Positions 1-12,809 of a DNA stretch of 64,000 bases are shown piece after piece (the first letter of the stretch is position 1; each line of letters begins with the position of its first letter). Origin of the DNA: Leucoraja erinacea (lineage: Eukaryota); contig NC_073404.1 in assembly GCF_028641065.1 (NCBI RefSeq), positions 16,554,001-16,618,000 of the forward strand, given 5' to 3'. The notes under the pieces are model-generated. The model ran no database searches and was not told the DNA's origin. It was given only the letters and a program-made list of their open reading frames with translations. The position numbers and the translations under genes are program-made.

Positions 1-319
1 CCAATCAATTTAATTTACCACTGGTGGACTCCAACAAGTTGTAGAAACATCTCAAGGATAATCAATGGAAACAGGATGAACCTAAGCAATTTTTAGTGTC
101 ATAGTAAAGGGTCGGAATGCATATGTAAAAGTGATATTTAATTTATTTATTTTTAATTATTTTGCAAAAATTTCTAAACCTGATTTTGCTTCTTCAATCT
201 GGGGTATTGTGTGTAGATTGATGATTTTTTAAAAAAGGATTTAATCAATTTTAAAATAATGTTGTAACGTAACAAAATGTAGAAAAAGTGAAGGGTCTGA
301 ATACTTTCTGAATGCACTG
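1..319 (-). mobile_element. Terminal part of a Tc1/mariner (IR/DR-type) DNA transposon, truncated by the window edge
   Basis: Ends ...GGGTCTGAATACTTTCTGAATGCACTG followed by TA (320-321); reverse complement CAGTGCATTCAGAAAGTATTCAGACCC is a typical Tc1 terminus. A degenerate inner copy (AAGGGTCGGAATGC, ~107-120) gives the direct-repeat layout. Orientation is from recall of the family. Confidence 0.8.
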
Positions 320-359
320 TAGTTTGAAAGTCTCAGCTTTCAAATATTTCAAGACAGAA

Positions 360-1915
360 TGCATAATAATCACACTGCTTTCAACCGTCACATGATAGAG
401 TCCATTCAAACAATATGTTCATTATGGTGTGCAGTCCATTCTAATCATACTGCACTAAACCACAACACAGTGGAATCCAATCTAATTCACCACACTTTTG
501 ACTTGGTTGTAAATCGCACATTAAGTATTCCAGTTACTTTAAAATATATATTCTTACACAAGAGCTCTACATCACATAGTAGGATCCGTTCTAAAGAATC
601 ACGTGATGAAAAGCTTTCAAAAATCAAAATTCTAATTTCATACAATGCAGACTATTTCAATGCTAGTGCGCTAGGTTGTCAAATAATACAATCCATTCAA
701 ATGACAATGTTTTAAGTAAACTGAGTTTGGAAGCTAATGAAGGGAGTACACATGGCAGACTTAAAATTAGGTGCTAACCTGATGAATTTGCAATATATGC
801 ACACCAAACAGCATTGTTTGACTATAACTCTCAACATAACAACTAAATCTTTTCGAAAGCCACAGCTCCAAATCGGAGCTGCATAGAATCAATTCACTAG
901 TGACAGTTCAAATGATGAAACATTCCTGACATTGTTCCAACTCATCACATTTTAAACCCTTCAAATATAAACTCTTTGATATACCACAGTGTAGCATCCT
1001 CTCTAATAATTCAAATGGAAATGCTTAAACGTACAGTGCAGAATCCAATTTATTGATACTGCTCAAACTCACTAACAACTGTCTGTTCTGCATGATTCAG
1101 AATCCATTATTATGATCCTGCTTAAAATCATCAATGTGAAGAATTCATTTTCATGCTATAATTGGAAATTATCACACCATGGAATTTCTTCTAATTACAT
1201 TGCTTTCAGACATCAAATTACTGATTCATTCCAATGACCATGTTTGTAATTACAACTAAAAATAATTCATTCTAATGACACCTGGATTAGTGGAACATAT
1301 CAGACAATCATTCATGGTTAAATCCAAGTATGGAACCATTTTGATTCCTACTTCACTGAATCAGGATTCCAATGTAATAATACTGCTCTAAACCATCAAT
1401 CTTTGGAGTCCATTCTTGTGAGATTGCTGTCTATCTTCATACTACATAATCCATTATACCCACATGACTCAACATAATGGTAAATCACCTCAACAATACA
1501 GCTCAAAGAGACCTGTCCGGAGAATTCATTGTAGTGATTTGTCTCAAACCGGCATAACCATCAGGTCCATTCTAATAATATTTCTTGAAATCATCACACT
1601 ACAGCCTCTATTCTAATAACACTATGATAAGTCATAGCTTTAGAATCAAAACTGATGTCATGCTTTTCACACATCACGGAGAGAGTGGTGCTTCAGTGGT
1701 GTAACTAGAAAGCTTTTGCATGGTGTTGAATTCACTACTATAGAATCTTTCAAGTACTCTTGCATAATGCGGTGTGTTATTCATTCTTGTCACAATACTC
1801 AATCTCAATAGAGCTTGGAATTCATTTAAGGTTATGCTCCAAATCAGCACTTTAGGAAATCCATTCCAATAATATTGCCACAAATCATTATATTACAGAA
1901 ATATTCTAAATACAC
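360..1915. repeat. Highly degenerate tandem array, ~41-bp period
   Basis: Core (A/G)T(C/T)CATT-like motif recurs at 434, 475; 1143, 1184, 1224, 1265; 1367, 1408, 1449; 1524, 1565, 1606; 1820, 1859, with spacings mostly 39-41. Rough consensus GGAATCCATTCTAATAATACTGCTCTAAATCATCACACT. Confidence 0.75.
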
Positions 1916-1924
1916 AAAACAGAA

Positions 1925-3300
1925 TATGATACGATATGAGCTTTATTTATCCAAGGAGAGAAATTGATCTGCCACCAGTCATGAAACACAGGAGACATGA
2001 AACATGAAATTAAAGTGACGAGTGGAAAGGATTGGGGATGTGCAAAGATTTGGGGAGGGGAGGGGGAGGGGAATCGGTCTACCTCATGACAGAAGGGGGA
2101 AAGAGTTGCACAGTTTGATAGCCACAGGGAAGAAGGATCTCCTGTGGCATTCTGTACTGCATCTTGGTGAAACCAGTCTGTTACTGAAGGTACTCCGCAG
2201 GTTGACTAGTGTTCATGGAGTGGGTGAGCTGTATCATCCTAGATGCTCCGTAGTTTGAAGAGCATTCTCCCCCCCCCAAGACCACCTTCCATGAATCCAA
2301 CTGCACCGCCAGGAGAGAGCCAGCCTTCATGATGATTTTACTAACCCTGTTGCTGTCTGTGGCCATTGCCCTGCTGCCCCAGCACATGACAGCAAAGAAG
2401 ATGGCACGGGCTACCACCGATTAGTAGAAAATCTGCAGCATCTTACCCCAGATGTTGAAGGAGCGGAGCCTTCTTATAAAGTACAGCTGGCTCTGTCGCT
2501 TGTTGTTTAGTCCAGGTACACTCCAAGGTATTTGTAATCCTTGGTAAACTGCATATTCACACCAATGATGTGGACAGGGGACAGAGGTGTTCCATTCCTC
2601 CTAAAGTCCACCATTAACTCCTTAATCTTGTCGGTGTTGAACTGCAGGTGATTCAACCCACAACACTCAACAAAGTCGTTGACAACACGTCTGTATTCAG
2701 CTTCCCTCTCCTCACTGATGCAGCCCACAATTGCAGAGCCATCTGAAAACTTCTGCAGGTTGCAGGAGTCCGAGTTAAATCTGAAGTCCGAGGTGTAGAT
2801 GGTGAACAGGATGGGAGAGAGGACCGTCCCTTATCGTGCCCCCGTGTCGCTCACTACCATGTCCGAGACATAGTTCTATACCATGACATATTGATGTTGT
2901 CTAGCCAGGTAGTTGATAATCCAAGTCACCAATGGAGCATTCACCCAAATCTTCATTGGTTTGCTCCCTAGCAGTGCAGGCTGGATGGTGTTAAAAGCAC
3001 TGGAGAAGTCCAAAAACATGACTGTCACAATGCTTCCCAGCTTATCCAGGTTGTGCATTGGAACGATGGAGCAGGTGGATGATTGCATCCTCAACACCCA
3101 TTTTGATTGCTAAGCGAACTGCAGGGGGTCCATGTAGGGTTTAACCAGGGGTCACAGGTGAGTGAGCACCAGCCTCTCCAGGGACTTCATGATGTGTGAA
3201 GTCAGCACCACACAGTGTGGGTCTGCAATCATCAGAGGAGCTGGCATTCGTCCTGTTTGCTACAGGAACCACGCAGGATGTCTTCCACTTCACAGGAATA
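1925..3300 (-). mobile_element. Rex1/Babar-like non-LTR retrotransposon, degraded RT and 3' end
   Basis: Minus-strand ORF pieces VMFLDFSSAFNTIQP, GCISEEREAEYRRVVNDFVECCGLNHLQFNTDKIKELMVDFRR, YKYLGVYLD and FFAVMCWGS; short-repeat 3' tail near 1925-1950. Confidence 0.85.
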
Positions 3301-3910
3301 AGTTGTAAGTAGGTGCCACTAAATCGACAAAACATGGAATCCATTCCAATGCCACATCCCAATAGGATTCTTTTGACATTGCATCTGTAGAAGTTCGTAA
3401 GAGTTGTTGGGGACATACCAAACTTACTTAGCCATCTTGGGAAATAAAGGCGTTGGTGTGATTAAGTAGTAGCTTTATGTGCTTGGTCCAGAACAAATTG
3501 GTGATATTTACACCTTGGAACTAGAAACCATCACCATCTCCACTTTAGCAGCTGGTGCATGTACTCCATGTTGTTTTCTTAAGTCAATTATAGCTCCTTC
3601 GCCTTTCTAATATTGAAGAAGAGGTTTTAGTCTTGACATCTTGTTACTGAGCTCTCTATCTCCTTCCTGTACGTCATCTTGTCATGGTTCAAGATCCAGC
3701 TCTCTGCCGTGATGTCATCTGCAGACTAGTAAATGGAGTCAGCACAGAATTTGACTGCACAGTTGTAAGATGCATCCTTCAGGGCAAGGTATTGAGAATC
3801 ATTGTGGGAAATGTTTTGTCACTTATCCTCCCTGATTGCGGTCTATGGGTCAGGAAATCAAGGATCCTGTGGCAGATGGGGTTGCTGAACTCCAGGTCCA
3901 GGACTTTGGT
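3300..3910 (-). mobile_element. Second, older Rex1/Babar-like RT fragment
   Basis: Minus-strand MSPTTLTNFYRCNVKRILLG, plus degraded RT motifs upstream (ADD at GTCATCTGC, ~3714-3722); frameshifted. Confidence 0.6.
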
Positions 3911-4119
3911 TCCTAGAAAGATCAACTAGTGACGATAACGAGGTTCTGATGAGCTCAAGAAATCAGATTTAATTTTCCCTCTGGGCCTGTTACAGCCTTT
4001 GGGACTCAATATTGAATTCCACAATTTCAAACAACCAGAGTTCATATCAGAACCTCTCAGTTTGAAGGCAAGGTCATCAACTTACAATGTTAATATCATT
4101 TTATTCTCCACATAAATCC

Positions 4120-4510
4120 TGCCCAACCTGCTTAATATTTGCTGCATTCTTTTTTAGTTCGGATTTTCAGCAACTGCAGTGTTTTGTATCTCACTGTGCC
4201 AGCATTCAGACTGATCACTTATCGTTTCTCTCTTTCTTTCTGTGTCACCTCCAGATAGATCAGCTGCAATTAACAAGCTTCTCTCAGCTTTCACGACTAC
4301 CATTTTCGTCAATCACTCACTGTTGGTCTCCACTCTGCCAGTGATTCCCCTTGTTCTCTCTACTCTCCCCATTTCTCTGCAACATAAAATATGTTTGATT
4401 GCTACATTTAGCTGTTCTGATGACAGGTCACTGACCTGAGATGTTAACTCTCATTCCCTATTCACAGATGTTGCCCAACTGACAGAGTGTTTATAGCATT
4501 ATCCCTTTCT
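4120..4510 (+). mobile_element. Old Penelope-like terminal-repeat relic with a decayed hammerhead motif
   Basis: Pyrimidine-rich tract, then GTT-CTGATGA-C-AGGTCA-C-TGACCT-GAGA-TGTT-AAC (4414-4448) and CAGATGTTGCC, the same layout as the other Penelope copies in the window. Confidence 0.55.
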
Positions 4511-4559
4511 ATAACAAATGAGGCCAGATGAGTTGAATTAAAAAAATGTATTGCTGGGA

Positions 4560-5630
4560 ATTTACTATGTGGCCTGGTGAGGGAGACCAAGCAAATGAAT
4601 AATAATAAGGCATCTAAACTACCTGACACAGTAATAGAGTAAAGGGTATGGAAAGAGTGGGGTTCTTGAAATATGTTTTGAAGATGTTTTAATCAGTACG
4701 TAACAAGCCACACTAAACATGGGACAGTATTGGGTTTATTGGGAATGAACCTGGGTAAATAGGAAGCATGATTGTTGGAGGGTGTTTTGGGGATAGTAAT
4801 GATAATTCCATTAGATTTGGTATAGTAAAGGAATTAGATAAAGAAAGGTCAAGCATAAAGGTTATAATCTGAGGAAGGTTAATTTTATCAGAGTGAGATA
4901 TCAGATATGTAGATGTCAAGAACTAAACAAGGTACGGTAAGCCTAAAAAACACGTTTTGATAAATACTGAAAGGTCTAGGAAAAATCAATTTTGGTAAAA
5001 AGTTGCACAAGACGTCGGTGGGGACACGAGGACTATTCAAAGTTTCAGAGGTCTTTTATTGCCACGTGCACCAATTAAGGTACAGTGATATTCGTATTAC
5101 AGTGATATTCGTATTGTGCTCAGATTTGCTTATGCTGCTATAGGAAATATGGCATTAAGCTGGAAAGAGTGCAGATAAGATTTACAAGGATGTTGCCAGA
5201 ATACAAGGGCCTGCACTACAGGGTGTGGCAGACTAGGACTTTCATCCTTGGAGCTCAGGAGTCCTCAGGAGGGATGATTTTATACAGATGTATACAACCG
5301 TCAGGGGAATAGATAGGGTGAATGCACAGAGTCTTTCTCCCAGGGTAACCGAAAATTAGAGGGCATTGGTTTAAAGTGAGAGGGGAAAGATTTAATATAA
5401 ACCTGAGAGGCCATGACAGACAGTAGTGGGTATATGGAACGAGCGGCTAGACAAAGTAATGGAGGCAGGTGAATAACAACATTTTAAAGATAGCTGGATA
5501 TGTACATGGATAGATAAGGAATAAAGGGATATGGGCCCAACCCATGCATTTAGGACTAGTTTAGATGAGGCATCTTAGTCTGCATGGACGTTGGCCCAAA
5601 GGGCCTGTTTCCATGCTGCATGACTCTATC
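4560..5630 (+). mobile_element. Degraded CR1-type LINE fragments
   Basis: Decayed ORF2 C-terminus (LERVQIRFTRMLP-like at ~5160-5200; RGHWFKVRGERF at ~5360-5395) followed by a 3' UTR-like region. Confidence 0.65.
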
Positions 5631-6499
5631 TGGAGATGCCAAGGTGAAATTCACAAAGGAACTTCACAAAGTGAAGAGAATAGATTCTGCATGGAAAATT
5701 ATTGGGAGGTAGATCAATGAATAGTCTAATTGTTTAGTAAATACTTACATAAATTAAAAAAAAGAAAAGAGTAAAGAATAGGTCCTATTAGATACCAAAA
5801 AAGTAATCCAAAGACATGAATATAATTCTAAGTGGATTCTAAGTGGCATCTGCCTTGATGAAAAAGGAAAATGGTATAATAAATGTTGATGTAAAGGAAG
5901 GTGAAAATGAGGGATGACACATTATAAAGTCCAGTATCTTGAACATTGATAAAACACCAAACCTGAATGTGACACATCTACTCATCTATAATACAGTATG
6001 CCTCAGGCTTGTAAAAGTAACAAGAAAAGATATAATATTGTCTCTGATTTCCACTTTTGTATCTTCTTCACCTAAGGGTATGGTTATGAAGGACTAGAAA
6101 ACTATTAATGATCTTTTGAATAAAAGGAGGAATGGTTACACTGAGTCTCCCCTCAACCTAACACCGGAACAACATCAACCAGCATTTAGAGAAGTACAGA
6201 TTATTCAAGGGCAGTTAACATGGCAGTACTATGAATCCCCAGTCAATATTGTGAAAGTTAAAATCCCCTACTATGACAATACTCGTCTTGCAGCTACCTG
6301 TAATCTCCCGGCATATTTGTCCTTCTAATTGTTCATCAATAAATAATATTTCTGATCATTCAATCTACCTTGTTGCTGTCCTTGCATTTTTTTAATCTGC
6401 ATTTTCCCTGTAACTGTAACATTATATTCTACACACTGTTTCCTTTCTCTTTTTGCACTTCCTGTTGTACTCATGTATAGTATGATTGGCCTGCATAGC

Positions 6500-8220
6500 A
6501 CCCAAAACAACATTTTCCACTGTATTGGTACACATATACCAATACCCATACTTTGATAACCGAGTAAATTGGATTGGCTGTGAACCGGAATGGGAGCAAC
6601 CTGGGGAGGAAGCAGACACTGTCTGCTCCATTCACTCTGGAGTGGTGAATGGAATTGAATCTTGTGCTGTCATGCCTACGGTGCACAAAAATGCTGGAGA
6701 AACCCAACGGGTGCAGCAGCATCTATGGAGCAAAGGAAATAGGCAACGTTTCGGGCCAAAACCCTTCCTCATACGTTTCGGCCCGAAACCTTGCCTTTCC
6801 TTTGCTCCATAGATTCTGCTGCACCCGCTGAGTTTCTCCAGCATTTTTGTGTGCCTTCGATTTTCGAGCATCTGCAGTTCCTTCTTAAACACGCTGTCAT
6901 GCCTACTTCTGATGGAAGTTCAGTGAGAAAACAACTAAAGATGGTTGGGTCAAGGACATGCAGTGATGGGATGATTAAATGCAGATAGCTATTTGTTTCC
7001 TTGTCCTTATTTGACTTCCTCTGTGTAAGGTATGATTCCAACCCTTTGTTGCCTATTGATTAGGGTGTTACTGGGATTCCTTGCTGCCACATTTGGTTAA
7101 AAAGTGTCTTGATGTCAAGCGCAGTCTCCCTCATCTCAACTCTGGAATTCAGTTCTTTGATGCACGCTCAGACCAAGGCTGAGTGAAAGTCTGCTGCGGA
7201 GTAGTACTGGTAGACGTAGCTGGGTTGGTGAGCAGATTTAGGTGAGAAAAGGTGGATAATAACAGTGTTGAAGAATGGCATTTATCACTTTGTTGTTGGC
7301 TGAATGGGCAATAAATAATCAGATTGGATATGACTTTGGTAGACACCAGTCTTGCAACAGTAATGGAAGAGCTTACAGCTTGTTCTGGAGCTTTTGCCTG
7401 ACCCTGCAATCTTTGCTGTATCCAATGCTTTCAACCATTTCTCAGTATCAACTGCACTAAATCTAATTTGCAGGAGATTGGCATATGTGATGGTGGAGAT
7501 CTCTGGAGCAAGATGAGATGGATCATCCACTCAGCCCTTCTGGCACAATATGGCACATCTTTTCTTTAGCAAACATACACTAGGCTCAACCATCATTAAA
7601 GATGGACCATCCTCTTTTCATTAGCTGTCTAATTATCCATCACCAATCATAACCTAATGTAACAATTGGAGAGCTTTGATCTGATCAGTTATCTCTGTTC
7701 ATCACGTTGTTTTTACTGTTTAGCATGCATGTAATAGCACTGTTGAAGACGACATGTATCACTATCTATCTCATGGGTGTTATATATGCACTCTCCATTG
7801 ATACCCATTGATACCCAGGTTTGAGTAAGGGATGTGCACGAGGTTACAGATTGTGCTTGCATACATGTCTTCTGATGCTAATGGTCCACAGCGCTTCACA
7901 AATGTACAATTTAGAGCTGTTAGATCCATTCTGACTATCCCATTTAGCATATTTGTACCTTTACACACACAATGGAGGGTCCTTATTGCAAACTTTGTAT
8001 CCAAAAAGTCTATTCAGTGGTCACTTCTAACAAAGGTAGGTTGATGAAAACAAGGTCAAATTGTTTTGTCCTTCATTTTGGTTCACTCATTTAAGGTGCT
8101 AACAAGCTACTTCTTGTGATGGACATTGAAGATTCCCCACTTTCCTTAGGGTATATTCTGTACCCTTGCTATGTTCAGTGGGTTTTCTTCACCCCAAGTG
8201 TTTTTCAAGATGGAGGAGCC
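6500..8220 (-). mobile_element. Old CR1/L2-clade LINE relic
   Basis: Minus-strand fragments such as FSAVDTEKWLKALDTAKIAG resemble the ORF2 region upstream of RT; many stops. Interrupted by the 6680-6892 insertion. Confidence 0.55.
6680..6892. mobile_element. Fold-back (inverted) Penelope-derived insertion with 14-bp target-site duplication
   Basis: Arms CACAAAAATGCTGGAGAAAC...TTTCGGGCC and GGCCCGAAAC...GTTTCTCCAGCATTTTTGTG are inverted; flanked by a perfect GCTGTCATGCCTAC at 6666-6679 and 6893-6906. Confidence 0.8.
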
Positions 8221-8989
8221 GTGAACAGTGAACACTCATATCCTCATTAAGTGATATGTGGATGTAGCCTCCGCCGCTTGTGGCCTCCCTATCCCTTTCA
8301 CACTGCTTTGTTTCACGAAACAGCTATAGCAGCGAGACCTCCAGGGCATTGGAAGGCAAGCAGGCATCAAAAATAAGTGCAATTACAATGGGAAGTGAAC
8401 ACAAAGCACAAGCTATATTGAGAATCATGTCACCTCAATAGTTTTCCCTCAACTATCATCACTTAAACAGAACATTCACCCCTTATTACATTAGCTGTTT
8501 ATGCTCAAACCCATTGCTTGGAGCTCTTCATTATGATATTATGTAACTTGCCAGACTATAATAAGACCATAAGCCATGGGAGCCAAATTAGGCCATTCAA
8601 CCTGTTGACTATAATCTATGCAAATGGTGGCACACATTTCAGCTTTAGACCCTCGCAATCATTACACTCTTTATTCCCTTCCATTGCCCATGCACAAAAC
8701 AATCAGCCGATGAAATCTCATCCAGTAACAATATGGATGTCCTGCACGCTCTCAGGAATGGTTGCTGCTCAGAAACCTTAACTCTGTTGCTTCCTGACCT
8801 GCTCAGCATTTCAAACTTTTTCTGTTTAGAATGCATATTTTTCAAATTCCTATCCTAAATCACCACAAACTACCTGCTACTGAAGGAGTGCTCTAACCTC
8901 CAAGACCACTCAATCTCTTTGAATAGAGTGTTCTTAAAACAACAGGTTTCTTCGAAATCATTTCTATAAATTACCATAATACATAAGGC

Positions 8990-9480
8990 TACGGTGGTGT
9001 TTAACATGCTCAGGAAGATCTCAAGAGAGCTCAAAACACATCTCAATCAACACCAAAATGTGCATCTTTAACTCAAATGTGAAACAGGTGATGCTGTATG
9101 GATCAGAGACATGGGAAAACAACAAAATGCACTACAAACAGGCTGCAAACATTCATTAACAATTGCCAGGAGAAAACTTGACATCTGCTGGAGAGACAAA
9201 GTAAGCAATGTGGACCCGTGGAAAAGACCAAGCCAGGAGCCCGACTGACAAATTCAAAGGAGAAAATGGAGTTGGATTGGACACACCCTCAGGAAACCTG
9301 CCACAAACATCACCCGGCAAGCCCTGAAATGGAACCCTCAAGGAATAAGGAAAAGAGGTTGCCCCTGGAACAGCTGGAGAAGAGGTGTCCAGAGAGAAAT
9401 GTCTGAGAGTGGGCTCAACTGGGGAAGTCTCGAAAGAACTGCCAATGACCTGTGCTCCCAAGAGGAGCCGGGTGAGGAAG
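8990..9480 (+). mobile_element. RTE-clade LINE, degraded ORF C-terminus
   Basis: Frameshifted IFNSNVKQVMLYGSETW...LQTFINNC...IQRRKWSWIGHTLRKP...TRQALKWNPQG, typical of the RTE C-terminus. Confidence 0.75.
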
Positions 9481-12400
9481 ATGATAATCTCCTCCCATAC
9501 CCCCTATTCACCACAGATAACATCAATGATAAATTCACTTTTCCTTTAACTTAAAGTGGTAAAATTTCCCAAAGTGCATCATATCAATCAATTCAGATTA
9601 TAATGGACGTTAACTCACAGATGCAGACATTCGGACATACAACCTAAAATTTGGTCGCAAAATTAGATTATTTTAGTGGATGTTACAGGCCAGATAAAGA
9701 TGACAGTGGTTTCAAAGTAGAGAGATCACATGATGTTTAAGGAAGCAATTCCAGAACTTAAGTGTGGGCCATTGACAGCACAGCTATCAACAGTGTGAAA
9801 AAGTGGGAGATGGGCAAAATAGTCGTTCATTGTGTACTTGGTAAATTTGTAAATCTGGAAGAAGTTAAGAGATAAGGATAGCATAAACACAGAGAGGTCA
9901 GAATATAAGAGCGAGGAGTCACCACAGGTCAGTCAGCATAAAAGTGAGAGGTGTAGAGTAGTTGCTCCGGTTGGAAGATGGACAACATAAGTGTAGAGAT
10001 TGAGATCAATCATCCTGGGAATTTGAAGCACAAATTTTCAAAAGAAAATATATTGAGGAAAACTTGGCATTCTTGATGAATTAGACACCTGCAATCCTAA
10101 TTTTGAAAGGAGTGGGGGAATTACATGGCCATTGGTTCAGTTTCAGATAGTAATTAAGTATCGACTTGTTAATTAAGTCACACGTAACATGTGATTATCT
10201 TTGGTACGAATACAGATGGAACATAATTATACTAAGTAGTGTTAATAAATCATGTAGATTTTTCTGTGTCTGTATAATGACATTGATTGATTAATAGGTA
10301 TGTAAATCAAATATATTATCCAATACATAAATTTTCACAGTGCCCATTTTTACATTTGTCCTATTGCAGGGTTAATCCGTCATTCCTGGATCAATCTGTT
10401 TGTCCGCGTCAGGCCACTTCATAATAAAAACATGCAGAAGAAATGGGAGAGGCAGGCAGGTTATGTGTAGCAGATTATTGGATCACCATGACATCAACAT
10501 TTATTATAATATTTAATCAGATGTGATCATTCCAAATCAGAAAGAGATAGGATTAGCACTGTACTCTGAGAAATGTGTTACTTGATGGACAACTGAAGCC
10601 AAGCAAACCCTTCACATTTGCAACTGATTTTAACAAACTCTTCGGGCTCTGATACACAAATGGCTCAGTTATGAAGGATGAAAATTAATCTGGTCTCAAT
10701 TGCTGCACTTTTCAATACTCCATTCATATGTCTTGTAGCAGGACTCTTGGGGGGGAATAATGTTCTCTTTTGTGTTTTGTAGCTTCCCCACCCTTTTCTT
10801 TCTGCCACGACCAAAATCTTTAGCTAAGAATGCCTGAAAGGCTGAAGGAGATACCCACAGGCTTCCAGACAACCAGAAATAGTACTTAAAATAGATAAAT
10901 AAGTGCAAAAAAAAAAATGTTTCACAAAAAAGAAATGATAATCAAAACTAACAATGTCTGATGTTCTCAAGGTTCAGTTTTAATTTATTGTTGGCTTCTC
11001 GTCAGCTCTATATAGAATGCACACCAAAACTATGACATCTTAAATAATTGTACCCATATTGTTATACCCCAACAGTCCAATTTGCACTCAAATGAAAACT
11101 ATAGCATGCCGCAGAGTGATTTAGCATTCTGCTTACAGATGAACAAAGTCTAAAAACTAAACTTTATTGCTCTGCAAACAATACTTCCACATCTATTTTG
11201 CACAAAAAGTTTTGAAAGTTCTTTTACTTTTCACTCATCACAAGGTGGTTTGATGCGGAACTGCTCCTTAACGTTTAGTACAATTATAATTTGATGCTTC
11301 TGAACATGGTGCAGAATATTACAGAATGCCAGTTGAAGGACATGAAACTTCAAAATTAAACAAATTGAAAACAATTTTTTTTTTAAATTGAAAAAAATAA
11401 TAATAAATGAAATTTATTAATCTTGGACCTTTGTGATCTAAATGGGGAAAAAGGGAAAAAGTGAGTGGAGACCTTTGCTAAAGATTTTTGCGGTTCAAAA
11501 TACAACCATATGAAATTGGATTGCTGCTACTCCGTCACGATATAAAGCAGTATCTTAATACCTCAGGTTTACTTTGAATACTAAATCCTAGTCACACAAT
11601 AAATGTAACCTTTCAATTTACCAAATTTGTGTTAAGTTCTGATTTTCAGCTATTGAGAAAGCAAAACATCACAGAGTTAAAGAATGAAGGTATTCTTTAC
11701 TCTCTTTGTTAAATTTTTATCCAACGTAATATTCGAACCAAACATTTACTCTTAAACTTTTTCATAGCTATAGAAGAGATCATTGTAGAGATCCACATAC
11801 CTGAATTTGAATTTGATTTCAACGTCCCCTAGACCATTTATTGTTGATTCACCAAAATGTATCTAATTGATTTAAAATGACACTTATTGAAGTCAAATGA
11901 CGGATTTACATGGAGAAGCTGTTCGGTGATCCAGTTCCAGAGAAGCACTGACAGGTAACTTAATGCACTCTAAAGGAGAGTAACATCCGGCAACGTAAAG
12001 AGCCAAGACCTGATATCCTCATCCCCTCCTACAATATCAGTCTGAACTTTAAAAACATCTGATTAACATATGTTTTTGTCTTTCTGAAACATGATATCAG
12101 GCCACCATTAAAATCGTTATCCTATATATTAGACACACCTTTCATGGATTATCTTTGAATTTCGAAACAACTAAGTGCAGAAGTTTTATAACAATTACTC
12201 GATTTTTAGGGTGGAGCAGATTTGGTTAAAAATAAAGAATAAAACAGATCAAAGCAGTGGCAATCTACAGCAGCTGAGGAAATCAGTTGGCCTAGGACAG
12301 CAAAAGCAGAGAATATGCAGACATTAGGAACTGCAGATGCTGGTTCACAAAAAAAGACACAGAGTTGGAATAACTTGGCGGGTCACATTGGAGTACATGG

Positions 12401-12809
12401 ACAAGTGATGTTTTGGTTCGGGACCCCCCAACACCAACTGCATCTAAAAATAAGGTAGACCTGGTAGGCCAACAATAAGAGGTTACATGCCAGCCTACTC
12501 ATGGATGCAGTATGTAAAAGATTAAATTATTCCACAACTAGTAGTAGAACTGCAGATTCTTGATCTGAGTCACCTCCTGTGATGAATGGTGATGGACAAT
12601 AAAACATATCAGCAGTAGGAGGACCAAATAATGCTACCATACAGTACTTAATGCTTGAAGATGGCAGAGCCCAGTTTGTGAGTGAGATTAAGACGATGTC
12701 TGCAGGAGTACCGAATTAGTGATCTGGCAGACAATTTAAAACGTGAAATATAGTCTAACCTCATCAAATTTCACATTCTCAACAACTTGAGGGTCACATC
12801 TGATGTGAA

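Noticed and set aside
359-715. 118-aa His/Asn-rich ORF
   Set aside because: Lies in the 41-bp array, whose period is not a multiple of 3; no recognisable domain.
360-1915. CRISPR array interpretation of the conserved-core/variable-spacer pattern
   Set aside because: Cores are highly degenerate, the spacers resemble each other, the period is too short, no cas genes are present, and the DNA is vertebrate.
5081-5114. 17-bp perfect tandem duplication TACAGTGATATTCGTAT
   Set aside because: Sits at a junction of TE fragments; most likely slippage or an insertion scar.
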